Assembly: GCA_051362555.1 (NCBI GenBank)
Contig: CM120640.1
Location: 67,062,788-67,126,787, forward strand
Length of the DNA stretch: 64,000 bases
Source of the DNA: Lingula anatina
Lineage: Eukaryota; Animalia; Brachiopoda
Direction of reading: 5' to 3'
Shown: positions 1-25,700 of the stretch, piece by piece
How positions within the stretch are numbered: position 1 is the stretch's first letter
Layout: every line of letters starts with the position of its first letter
The notes under the pieces: model-generated
Database searches by the model: none
What the model saw: only the letters and a program-made list of their open reading frames with translations
Told to the model about the DNA's origin: nothing
Position numbers and translations under genes: made by a program

Positions 1-270
1 TAAATGAAATAATGCTCATCCAAACACCATATGTCAAAGCTTAAAGACCAATCAGAACTAGAGGATCAGAGAGGCGATACCGCCTCCGAATATTGTACCA
101 CCAGCTGGAGCAAGCGCATTCGTATAGACCCCCACATACACAAAATAAGGGGTGCAGCCACCAGTCTTGTGCTTGACAAGCTGTAAAAATGCAATCAACA
201 AGAATTTTCAAAATATGCAAAAAATATATATAACTAAAAATGGTGCAATCAAAGTTAAGTTCATTGTAAG

Positions 271-1840
271 GTAGGTCAAAGGTCAATTTCAAGGTCACAG
301 TAAATTGCCAGTATATGACTTCCTATCCAACTTCAATAGTAACTATGGACCTATCTCTGCCAGTTTTGGAGATAAAAGGGAAGCAAAATTTGCAAAGTTC
401 AGTTCATGGTGAAAAGTAGGTCAAAGGTCAATTTCAAAGTCACAGTAAGATTGCCAGTATATGACTTCCTATTCAACTTCAATAGTAACTATGGACCTAT
501 CTCTGCCAGTTTTGGAGATAAAAGGGAAGCAAAATTTGCAAAGTTCAGTTCATGGTGAAAAGTAGGTCAAAGGTCAATTTCAAGGTCACATTTAGATTGC
601 CAGTATATGACTTCCTATTCAACTTCAATAGTAACTATGGACCTATCTCTGCCAGTTTTGGAGATAAAAGGGAAGCAAAATTTGCAAAGTTCAGTTCATG
701 GTGAAAAGAAGGTCAAAGGTCAATTTCAAGGTCACAGTAAAATTGCCAGTATATGACTTCCTATGCAAGTTCAATAGTAACTATGGACCTATCTCTGCCA
801 GTTTTGGAGATAAAAGGGAAGCAAATTTTGCAAAGTTCAGTTCAAGGTGAAAAGTAGGTCAAAGGTCAATTTCAAGGTCACAGTAAAATTGCCAGTATAT
901 GACTTCCTATTCAAGTTCAATAGTAACTATGGACCTATCTCTGCCAGTTTTGGAGATAAAAGGGAAGCAAAATTTGCAAAGTTCAGTTCATGGTGATAAG
1001 TAGGTCAAAGGTCAATTTCAAGGTCACAGTAAGATTGCCAGTATATGACTTCCTATTCAACTTCAATAGTAACTATGGACCTATCTCTGCCAGTTTTGGA
1101 GATAAAAGGGAAGCAAAATTTGCAAAGTTCAGTTCATGGTGAAAAGTAGGTCAAAGGTCAATTTCAAGGTCACATTTAGATTGCCAGTATATGACTTCCT
1201 ATTCAACTTCAATAGTAACTATGGACCTATCTCTGCCAGTTTTGGAGATAAAAGGGAAGCAAAATTTGCAAAGTTCAGTTCATGGTGAAAAGAAGGTCAA
1301 AGGTCAATTTCAAGGTCACAGTAAAATTGCCAGTATATGACTTCCTATGCAAGTTCAATAGTAACTATGGACCTATCTCTGCCAGTTTTGGAGATAAAAG
1401 GGAAGCAAATTTTGCAAAGTTCAGTTCAAGGTGAAAAGTAGGTCAAAGGTCAATTTCAAGGTCACAGTAAAATTGCCAGTATATGACTTCCTATTCAAGT
1501 TCAATAGTAACTATGGACCTATCTCTGCCAGTTTTGGAGATAAAAGGGAAGCAAAATTTGCAAAGTTCAGCTCATGGTGATAAGTAGGTCAAAGGTCAAT
1601 TTCAAGGTCACAGTAAGATTGCCAGTATATGACTTCCTACTCAACTTCAATAGTAACTATGGACCTATCTCTGCCAGTTTTGGAGATAAAAGGGAAGCAA
1701 AATTTGCAAAGTTCAGTTCATGGTGAAAAGTAGGTCAAAGGTCAATGTCAAGGTCACAGTAAGATTGCCAGTATATGACTTCCTATTCAACTTCAATAGT
1801 AACTATGGACCTATCTCTGCCAGTTTTGGAGATATAAGGG
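271..1840. repeat. 146-bp tandem satellite, ~10.8 copies, with a 584-bp (4-mer) higher-order repeat
   Basis: The unit start G(T/A)AGGTCAAAGGTCAA recurs at 271, 416, 562, 708, 854, 1000, 1146, 1292, 1438, 1584 and 1730. Diagnostic variants recur at +584. Confidence 0.97.
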
Positions 1841-2085
1841 ACTAAATGTTATAATTTTGGAGTTACCATAATGTGCCATAAATTTCCTACAGAAAAATTT
1901 TAATTAAAATAAAGAAAAGGTCATTTTGGTCAAAGTTCTTGAAATGGGAGGTTCTCTGAAGTTGCAGAAGTTTAAATTTGATAAAATAATGTCATTTTTG
2001 ACCACAAGTTGTCTGCTTTGCCAAGCATTATGTTTTATTTTTCCGGAGTTCAAAATTTATTATCCATTACCGTACTGCACATTTT

Positions 2086-2377
2086 TACGGAAGCCGACTG
2101 GTGCCAAATGTTGAAAAAAAAAATTATCTCGAAATTTCGAGATAGCATTTTTTTTGTTCAAATTTCAAAATACTATCTCGAAATTTCGAGATAAATTTTT
2201 TTGCTCAAATATCAAAATGCTATCTCGAAATTTCGAGATAATTTTTTTTTTGTTCAAATTTCAAAATGCTATCTCGAAATTTCGAGATAAAAATTTTTTT
2301 TGTTCAAATTTCAAAATAGTATCTCGAAATTTCGAGATAATTTTTTTTTCTACATATGGCACCAGTCGGCTTCCGTA
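2086..2377. mobile_element. Non-autonomous TIR element (MITE), IS3EU-like termini
   Basis: The termini TACGGAAGCCGACTGGTGCCA... and ...TGGCACCAGTCGGCTTCCGTA are inverted repeats. They are flanked by the 6-bp direct repeat CATTTT (2080-2085 and 2378-2383). TAY..RTA ends with a 6-bp TSD are described for IS3EU. Confidence 0.8.
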
Positions 2378-3943
2378 CATTTTCCTTTCACCACCAATAT
2401 GTACTTTCTGATACAGCGTAACTCGAAAACCGTATGGAATACAAAAAAACCGAGACCACCCCCAGTGTTGGGCTTTACATGCTCTACAAAATGCAAAAAA
2501 GAATGGGTCTCTAGCATTAACGGTTCCCGAATTAGAGACAGTTTTCAGTTTCGGTATCTTATGGCCGCTACTCCTGTGAAAATGCACCGATTGACCCCAA
2601 ATTCACGGAGATGAAAGATGACCTAAAGGGTAACACTTTCCAATAATATTATTGGTTAAGTCTGTGTGGCGTCTGAATAACAGGGCAAAAAAATTTTTTT
2701 TCGTAAAAAATTTCATTTTTTTGAAAATTTTGACCCATTTGACCTTGAAGTAAAGGTCAAAGGTCAAATCCGAGGGTATATTTGAAATCTACACATATGA
2801 CTTTTGGAAAGCCGTCTATAGAAATTTTTCCCGTAACTCCTTCTGTAGGGTAGATAATTAGCATTTAATTTTGCCATTTTTAGACAAGGGTGCATTGCAA
2901 TGAGTGCCACACCCAGACCCCAATACCGACAAAGCCCAAATTTTACGTGGAACGAGTTGAGATTATAGGTGACCTAAATCCATGAGATGGGTACGGGGGC
3001 CCTTACCGTCTAGGAGGAGAAGCGGTAACGGTAACATGGCGGCGGAGCCGGCGGAACGGACCGGACGGGACCGAAACCATGTGTACCGCCAGCGCTAACG
3101 CTGGTGGTAAATTTTTTTGTTCAAATTTCAAAATAGTATCTCGAAATTTCGAGATAATTTTTTTTTCTACATATGGCACCAGTGGGCTTCCGTACATTTT
3201 CCTTTCACCACCAATATGTACTTTTTGATACAGCGTAACTCGAAAACCGTATGGAATACAAAAAAACCGAGACCACCTCCAGTGTTGGGCTTTACATGCT
3301 CTACAAAATGCAAAAAAGAATGGGTCTCTAGCATTAACGGTTCCCGAATTAGAGACAGTTTTCAGTTTCGGTATCTTATGGCCGCTACTCCTGTGAAAAT
3401 GCACCGATTGACCCCAAATTCACGGAGATGAAAGATGACCTGAAGGGTAACACTTTCCAATAATATTATTGGTTAAGTCTGTGTGGTGTCGGAATAACAG
3501 GGCAAAAAATTTTTTTTTCGTAAAAAATTTCATTTTTTTGAAAATTTTGGCCCATTTGACCTTGAAGTAAAGGTCAAAGGTCAAATCCGAGGGTATATTT
3601 GAAATCTACACATATGACTTTTGGAAAGCCGTCTGTAGAAATTTTTCCCGTAACTCCTTCCGTAGGGTAGATAATTAGCATTTAATTTTGCCATTTTTGG
3701 ACAAGGGTGCATTGCAATGAGTGCCACACCCAGACCCCAATACCGACAAAGCCCAAATTTTACGTGGAACGAGTTGAGATTATAGGTGACCTAAATCCAT
3801 GAGATGGGTATGGGGGGCCTTACCGTCTAGGAGGAGAAGCGGTAACGGTAGCCGTCCGGCGGAGCCGGCGGAGCCGGCGGAGCCGGCGGAACGATCCGGA
3901 CGAGACCGAAACCATGTGTACCGCCAGCGCTAACGCTGGTGGT
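2291..3943 (+). repeat. Tandem duplication of ~817 bp (copy 1 ~2291-3108, copy 2 ~3109-3943)
   Basis: The two copies are near-identical at offset 817, as also shown by the twin spurious ORFs at 2300 and 3117. Both copies end at the same hairpin. Confidence 0.95.
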
Positions 3944-4122
3944 ACAATAATATAGAAAAATTACAAACTTCGCCATATTTCTTCAAGAGCATAAGCAAAT
4001 TTTGGAACCATTAGCATTGGTTTATTTAAGTGGTTAGCCTTCTGTAATTTCTAACATTTCAGCCAAAAAGTTCACACCAAACTTCTTCACCTCACCTTCA
4101 AACTTTCAATCTAAGTCTCCAT

Positions 4123-17379
<13,257 letters not shown>

Positions 17380-20300
17380 GTTGGCCAACTGACTTTCCTC
17401 CCCTGAAAGAGGAAAAACAAGAAATGTGAACACAGATACAGAGTGACGAGGAAGATCTGCAGAAACAATCTGTGTGTCTCACAAGTTGTGTACACAGGTA
17501 TTACTAACAATGTTTTCCAGGGGAGCTTCCACCTGATTGGAGAATCAGCCCATGATGTAAATGGCCAATATAAACACCAAGCTAAATTTATCCTGCAAAA
17601 TGCACTTCACTGACTCAGTCTGCCTCTTGGTCAATATACTGGAGGGCTCTGGGAGCTTCAATGGTTCAGTGATGCCATTCATTCTTACCAACTGTTTCTG
17701 ATGCTAAATCTAAATATATGCAAATTCAAAGTTGGCACAAGAATCAAAGCAATCTGTCTGACTCAGAAATACAGTAAATTATTTTGAAACAGAAGTAAAT
17801 TCTTCCTGACTAATTTTAAGCTGAACATTTCTTTTATTTCTAAACAGCAGTGCACTAAAATGAAACAAAATATAATAGAGAGTGATTCTTTACACAAAAA
17901 TCACATAATGCCGTGTGTATACAAAAAAGGAAAATATGTGTAAAACGTTTCATAAGTTTGCCTTTAATACTAAAAATTCAGTATTGACAACTATACTAGA
18001 TAATAGCTGCAAAAACATATCAGCTGTCAGTGTTTAGTTACAGTGTGAGGGCTCTATATGACTTAACAACATCTTCATAATTTGGAGCTTTGACTGTAAA
18101 ATTGTTTACCGTCAATCATATGCATGTATGTTCTATATGGCATTCAGGTTTATACAGGGATCATCATAAAATCCTTACTGACCAAACATGGTTTTTCCTG
18201 TGTAAAGTAACGGGTAGCCAATTTTTTCAGCAAGGAAGGTTTTCATGAGTGAGTTATTATGGTCTATTACACAAAGGTCAAATGAATGTATATCTGCTGG
18301 CCATATAGCTTGCAGTAAGATTAAAAAATGTAACCTTTGCAGTGGAGACCTAAGTAAAATAATACTACAGGGATTCACCCCTAGGGCAAAATGACTGAAC
18401 TGAGGCTGTGGTAAAAAAGCAAATATTTCTACCCTGAGCTACTTTCTAAATGTTTCATTAACTACCTAATCCATGTACGTAAAACTTAGAACTGTGTGGG
18501 TGAGAACTGGCGAACTGGCATTGCCAACTCCTGGCTCAGTCATTTACCCACGTCAACAAGCTAACGGTACGAGACGTTCATCTCAGGTAAATGTGCATTA
18601 ATATGAGGTAAGGGTTACTCAGATGCTGAATCCATATGAAAAATATACGCAGGATGGTTATAAATAAACAAACATCTGGCTCTCCTGCCCCCTCTAATAT
18701 TTATTCTTAATAAGTATACTACTACATGTATATAACATCTAACAAAAAAGTAGTCTTCAATAAAAAAAATATATTGCCGGACAATGATAGTAAAACATAA
18801 CTTGGTCAATGGTGATATAAAAGTCGCTAAAAAGGAAGTCATTCTTATCATTTAAAATTTTTGTTAAAGCAATTCTTGTGTCCAAGAACTATTTTAAAAC
18901 AAAAATGAATGTCAAAAAATTAAACCACAATTTGCCATAAAATAAGTAATTATTATAAGATACTTGCATTTCTGGCTCTCCATCCTCTCATCTGTCCACA
19001 TCCTTATCAAATGCAAACACACAGAAAGGCAGACTGGAGTGAGGAGATATAATTTAGTGGAATAAAATGAGTTCATGAATATTATACTGACAATAGCATT
19101 GTGGTAAAAAGTGGCTAAAAATTAGTGCGGAAATAATACGATTATACTTCTAGCATGAGTCACACATAGGACTGGAGGGATTTCTTTGTTTACAGAAAGC
19201 GAGTAAGTCAGTATAAAAGAAAAACAAATTTCACTATTCAAACATTCTCCTGTGCCCTGATGTAGAACAGAATCTATGCACACCTAAACCAACACGTTTG
19301 TTACTGTATTGATTGTATTTTCAGGGATGAAGTACTACACAGGCTGCCTATACAGTGATATAAATGCTAATACACCTTTGTTGACATAGAGGGTTTTTGT
19401 TGGAATACAGGTGAAAGTCATTGGTGAATATATCTATTGGACAACATAAAAACTGCTCTGTAGGTTTAACACATCCTTAGATCACTAGAATATCAAAGGG
19501 TGATAACTACCTATATGAACACCATACCATGTCTGAAAACTAGCCTAATTAGATAGAAAATCCACAAAAGAGAGACTTACACGTGATGTACACTGACAAA
19601 GTTCAATCAATATGAGAAACCAGTTTCAAACAATACCGAGTATGATATTGAGAGTTCTAACTTATTAGCCAAGATAGAATTATTGGATTGTGCAGTCAGA
19701 CATCAAATAGGTCAGTTGTGTATATTTCATGACACCACATCATACAACTACTTACATCTGCCAGAAACAACTGCTATGTACAAATGTTTAAATTCAATAT
19801 GAAATAAATACAAAATTATATGTACATAATTAAACAATTATGTAGGAAGTACTTATCAAAAGGGGGAGATAAATATTTGAGTGGTCCAGCACTCAGTCTA
19901 TATCTTGACATCTCATGATCGTACTTGACTTATGATCCAATATCTGGACAGCTGGGCAATGTGTCAACAAAAAGTACCAGGTTTCGTATTGACTCCAAGT
20001 GGATAGGAGTAAACTAACTCAATACTAGTACTAGATAAAACAGGTCTCACTGGTGCAGTGGAAGTAATCTTGAAGTACCGAAATACACTTATTTTCTTTC
20101 ATTTTCAACACTCGTGTGATATCTATAATAAATGAATAATATTTGATGATATGAAAAACCCTTGTATATAATCTAAAATGGTAAAGGGTGGTACCAAGTG
20201 TAAAATTAAAAAATAAGTTTCAGAAACCAGTAATAATATGCATGCTAACAACCTTTGCAAAGTATGCAGGCATAAAGCATAATATCAGTTACTAGTAATG

Positions 20301-22236
20301 CACTGCACAAAATGTAAAATATCACAAAACATGACATTTCATGAATGAGATGTTATGCTAATTAAGATTTAGAATTCAAAATTAATGTTGTCATTAAGCA
20401 GTAGCACTTACCAATGAAGTCAATATTGGTGTTCTAAAAACAAAAATGTTAATGCAAAAGCACATAAAAAGAAAGAACTTCTCTGCCCTACTTGTCAAAT
20501 CCTGTCTGGTTTTCAAATATATGGCACTTGTAGCACAATAGAAATAGTTAAAAATCAACAAAGCTTGCTAGTATGCAAACCAATTGCTCATTCTGTTTCA
20601 TATGAAGCACCATCAATAAAGCATTCCTCTAGCAACAATGGCACATGAAATCAATTATATTACATTGGCCTCCAGTGACAATACCTAAGGATATTACAAT
20701 CTGTCCATGGGTTGATTGAACATGCTTGGTATGAAGATGTTCTGCATACAACTTCTGGATTACGTATGTCTTGTATGTCTTCATTGTACTGTTATGTTAG
20801 TCAGTATTAGTCATGAAAAAGAATGAGTTTTTCAATGTGGGTAGCAATAGAAAAGAAGATACAGCAGTGACGGTGCTAAAAGCCAAAAGAGTACCCTTTT
20901 CAAATATGGATTACAGTTGATACAGCGTATAAATGATTCATTTGAAGAGTTTTTTATATGAGATTTCAGTATTCAAGTAAGCAGGAGTATATCCTGATTT
21001 TAAGCTGCATGCATCAACATTACCATTTGACCACATACACTGTGAAAAATAAAACACAATTTCAAAGTCAACCAAAGTACTGCACAATTCTTTAATTTGC
21101 AGACATGCTACAGTTTTGCAATTAAGCCCTGAACCATATTGTCAACTATGTTAAGCTATCATATTACACAATGCTGCAATTTCTAACTAATACTCACAGT
21201 AAAATACATGCAGGGATGAAACACCCGAAAAGTTTACTGTTGTAAGCACCAACACCACCCAAAAAAGTTGGAAATCCACTGATAGTCAATTTGCTGCTAG
21301 TTTTTTATGTATGTTATATCTAAATGAAACTAATGAAAATGAACATTAAGACAACACTAACAGGAGTTTACTCTCATTAGAACAATTATAATTCCAGTTT
21401 TACATGTTCTCTCAATGTGAGACAGACAGCATCCTGTAAAGCTTACTCTCACTATCAATCTATATATGTATGTCAGTGAGTCAGTGAAAAGTTAATTCAG
21501 GCTCTGTTTATCCTAATCAAGATCAGCTTAGTATACAATGTTTTCACACTTATGGACATCAGCTGGTCCATTCAGTCCATTTGCAAGGCCACCCTAAACA
21601 TGACAGTTTGAGCTGACCTGAGGCATTTTCTCTTCCAAGATTTAGCTCTATGAGCCTCTGTCTCTCTTATAGCATGTTACATGTAGATGAATACATATGT
21701 ACTGGGTACACAAAGAAGTGTACTTGAGATAGAGAAGTAAATAGGTGTACATGAGCACTTCAGTTGATCCAGAAAGGGAAAAAAAAACAAATTGTTACTC
21801 CCTCATCCTGGATTAACCACTGTCTTGTTTTCTTACTACAATTCATTTCTTATTTCATTCAAGTTTCACTCACTTTTGTCAGTCAATGAATCAATGTACT
21901 AGTACGTATATTCGTTACCCATGATATAGAGTGCTTTCCATGAATTGTCACAAGTGCCATTCATAATATCACTGTTTTTGAGAGAAAATACTATCATATA
22001 TGTGTTGACTTCATATACAATACCCCAAAATATTTTGTAATATTACACTAAAATACTTGTTCAACTTTCAATCATGCATTGGCTGATTGAAGAATGAGCT
22101 TGAACAAAATTTACAAGTTTACATCAAGCTGTCCATGACTATTATTTGGTTTCTTGTGTTACGAAGGTGTAATTTAATTAATGTAAAAACAATGTCATAA
22201 ACTGATAGTGACCATTTCATTCGGATAATAACTTAC

Positions 22237-22300
22237 CGGTTATTTGAGTGATGTTAAGTTTTGCCGCCGGCCGCCTCTCGCACTCCCGATTTTCTGTGAT
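22237..22300 (-). other. Putative non-coding first exon of the LIM gene
   Basis: A CpG-rich patch ends in a strong minus-strand donor ACCG|gtaagt. Confidence 0.5.
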
Positions 22301-22757
22301 AGAGCTGTTCCCATAGCCTCCCTCTGTCAAGCATTTATTAATTATTCACATATCTACAATGTGCAACTTCTACCGAACATTTATATCTATACAAGAACAA
22401 AAGAAAATAATAAAAATTAAATATTTTAAATTGAAAATATCATTATATATCGCTATGAATACAAATGTATTTTAGTCGGGGGTACACAGCAAATGACAGA
22501 TTTTACGGAAGTTAGCTAAGAGATTTAAGCTATTTTTTTACACTAAATGGTCATACCTTTTTAGATTTTAAAATATGAAAGTCAAATTTTCTGTTATAAA
22601 ACATTTATTTTGATTAATATTGTTAGCAATTTAATTGTGTTATTGTATAAATATGAATGTTCAATAAAAATATTTTTTTCGAGAATAACTTGAAGTGGGT
22701 AAAGTAACTTAGCTCTGGCGCTATTTATGGAGTTGCTAATTTCGGACAAAAACAAGA
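22300..22757. promoter_or_regulatory. Putative bidirectional promoter (LIM gene / CABIN1)
   Basis: About 450 bp lies between divergent 5' ends, with local CpG enrichment at both edges and an ETS-like ACGGAAGT at 22505. Confidence 0.5.
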
Positions 22758-25700
22758 ATGGTAATGTTGTTGCATGTAGCTCTAAGATCTGTGTTTAAAA
22801 TGGCTTTTCAATAATAGATACGTAGTGTTACATCTTCCAATGAGCCGATCCGTCAGCTTTACTAATATCTTCCTACTAATATCTCCCCCTTTTGCTGTTG
22901 ACAGACGTGCGGTCTCTGTCACTGTTACTCAACTTACTGTGTTAGTGTTGTTACTGCCTAGACTGATCGTGATAACGTTTCGGATGCCTCTTCACTCTTA
23001 AGAATGATCCAGCATCCACAAACCCACATTTTACGGCTAAGCCAAACGATTTTTCTATTCCCAAGTTTATAAGAATTTTATTGCCTGACAACATCTTGGT
23101 AATGAATTCTTAAAAAATGATCCTCAATTCAGTCAATGACCCAGATAGACGTTTGAGTTAGGCAATGTTCATGTGGCATTGTTCATAACTAGTGTTTGTT
23201 CATATTGTCATTACCTGATTTTTTTTCACATCACCATAGTTGTGCATAATTCTTGTTACTATAACAAATGAAGAACAATGCTGGTGTTTTGCCTGTTCGC
23301 AGTGATATTTCATGTGCTTAATTATGCAGATCAAGCTGCTGGGTTTACTTAGTAGCATGAAGTGCAGTTCAAGTTGGAGATTGATGATTCTTTAAATTTT
23401 TAATGCTGGTTTTCTTTTCATCTTCAAAGATATGCAAAAATGTTTAAAAAGATTTTGGGATTTTAGAAAAAGGTTAATTGAATTTAAGAGGAGGCCCAAA
23501 GAAGTGATAATGTTTTGATCATGTTTGTTTACAATTTACAGCTACGTATAGCAGCATTGAATGAGTCCTCTAATGAATCAGATGAGGCCAGTACCCCATC
23601 ACCACCATCTGCTACCAGAGAAGCACAGGTGACAATGATTATCAATTGGTGGTTTACTTTATCTTAAATGGACAAGCCTGAAACAAGCTTTTAAAACATC
23701 TAAATCACAGTAATCATGACGTGTGTTTTGTTCCTAAAGTGCTGCTTAAGTTTATTATTCATTTGGTGTATAATTCATTGTATTATAGGAATCAGAAGCA
23801 TTTGCCCTTTATAATAAAGCCCTGACCTTGCAACGCCAAGGTGAACTAACCAAAGCAGAGGATGTCTTTAAACAACTCTTAAGGACACCACTTTTGTTAG
23901 AGGTGAGGTATTTTGATATATAATAAGTGTTAGTCATTATTATAATCTAAAAACTGAAATATCATCTCTTCATGTAAGTGATAAAAAGAAAATATATTTG
24001 TATAGGTATGAAGAACCTTTTAGATAATAACACTAATGAATTGAGGTAGCCTTCATTTATTTCACATTCCTTTACTTCTAACATGTGTTACTGTACAATT
24101 TTACACAGTCTCTGTTTTGTTTTGGTGTATAAAAGGTGCATTTTGATTAAGTGGTTTCTTTACATTCCAGGCTCTACCACCAGAAAATGAAGATGCTAAT
24201 CTTGCCCAGAATCCTGGGCTTATGCTCAAGTATTCCACCTATAAAAACATTGGAGGGATGGCAGCAAACAATGGGAACCACCATGCCGCCATGGAGGCCT
24301 ACTTGGAGGTAGACAGCTCTACCAGTGGCAATGTTTTACCAATCCCATTGTGAACTTTCCTTTCCATGGAGACACCTTTGTGGTGCTAATTTTTCTGAGG
24401 GTTGCATTCTGTATTTTAACTAACTGAACATTGAAAAGATTTGTGTGCTTAACATAATTACATGTAGACTGATTTTGAATAATCCAGGTTTTATCTGGCA
24501 TCACTCAAAAACACATTTTGTTGAACCGTAAGAAGTATTTTTCACCTAAATGAAAGAAAATGACAGACTTGTTGCTGTTGAAAAAGAATCCCCATGTTAG
24601 TATGATTTTTGGATGGTGTTAAAAGTTATATAAATAATGATAAATAGATATCTTTACAAGGGCGGATTTAAGCTGTCTTCTGGGTCTTCCGGATGACGGT
24701 CCGATTTTCAAGTTTACATTGACGGGTATCTAATTTTTTTCTTTCGGAAGACAGTCAAAAATGGAGGATGGACCAACAAAGATAATTTGGAAGACTGTCA
24801 GAAAATATCTCTGGATCTGCCCCTGCTTTAAAATTTTTCTCTGGTTTTAGGCTGCACTGTTAGATTCTAGTGATGTGACTTTATGGTTCAAGATAGGAAC
24901 AACTGCATTAAAGCTCCACCATGTTCCCTTGGCAAGACACGGGTTTGAACAGGTAACACTGGTGTTGAAACATAATAGGAGCATTTAACATGACATTAAC
25001 TGACAATAGAATATACAGCACCTGTAGCCAGTGGAAGTGTGTTCTAAATAATATATAGAATATGAGTAAATGGGGTAGAACTGGCAACTCTGAAAATTAA
25101 TCTAAGACAAATACATCTCAGATTTGTTTATCTTGCCTATCATAAATGATTTTGTGCACACAGGTTGTTGCGTTGCTATCTCTATTGAAATAATAATTGA
25201 TTATGTAATCATTTCATGATTTCTTAATTTTTGGCTATTTTTGACCTTTAGTTCAGTAACTGTGATAATAAAATCTTCATATATTTTGCATTTCTAGGCA
25301 CTGGAGTGTAACCCCAACCACTGGCCCAGCCTGGACCACATCTGTACTGTATTGTATGCTGTCAATGATTATACTAGTGAGTGGTTTTCATTTATTACCC
25401 TTGGTGTTCAACCATGGTGTAATTTCCATAGTTCATGTTGATGATATACTTGCCAAATAGATTATGTTTGATCCCTTCTTTTTTTAGTTACATTATACAA
25501 AGAATTTTGAAAATTTTCTCAATAGTTACATTGAGATATTTGATATATTTCAGATCTACAGAAATTTTGAAGTTTAATCAAAAATGTTGTTTTATTCAGA
25601 TTGCCTGTACTACATATCCAAGGCTTTAGAAAAAGATAGTGGCTATACAAAAGGCTTAGCACTGAGAGAGAAAATGTTTTCTGAGCAACCTTCTCTGGAG

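Larger units (their letters stand above)
197..3950 (+). mobile_element. Probable non-autonomous Helitron/Helentron-type (HINE/DINE/pearl-like) composite element carrying the satellite; 5' boundary uncertain
   Basis: It has an internal tandem array and TGACCTT/AAGGTCA-rich core sequence. A GC-rich microsatellite (GGCGGAGCC)n is followed by the terminal stem-loop TACCGCCAGCG-CTAA-CGCTGGTGGTA and AT-rich flank. This layout matches known invertebrate Helentron-derived elements. No transposase ORF is present. Confidence 0.6.

Noticed and set aside
2125-2340. CRISPR-like array of regularly spaced palindromic repeats
   Set aside because: The spacers are near-identical rather than unique, there are no cas genes, the context is eukaryotic, and the array sits inside TIRs with a TSD.
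1926-3431. Several 60-133 aa ORFs, some duplicated
   Set aside because: They arise from the palindromic repeats and the 817-bp duplication and show no transposase or other domain motifs.
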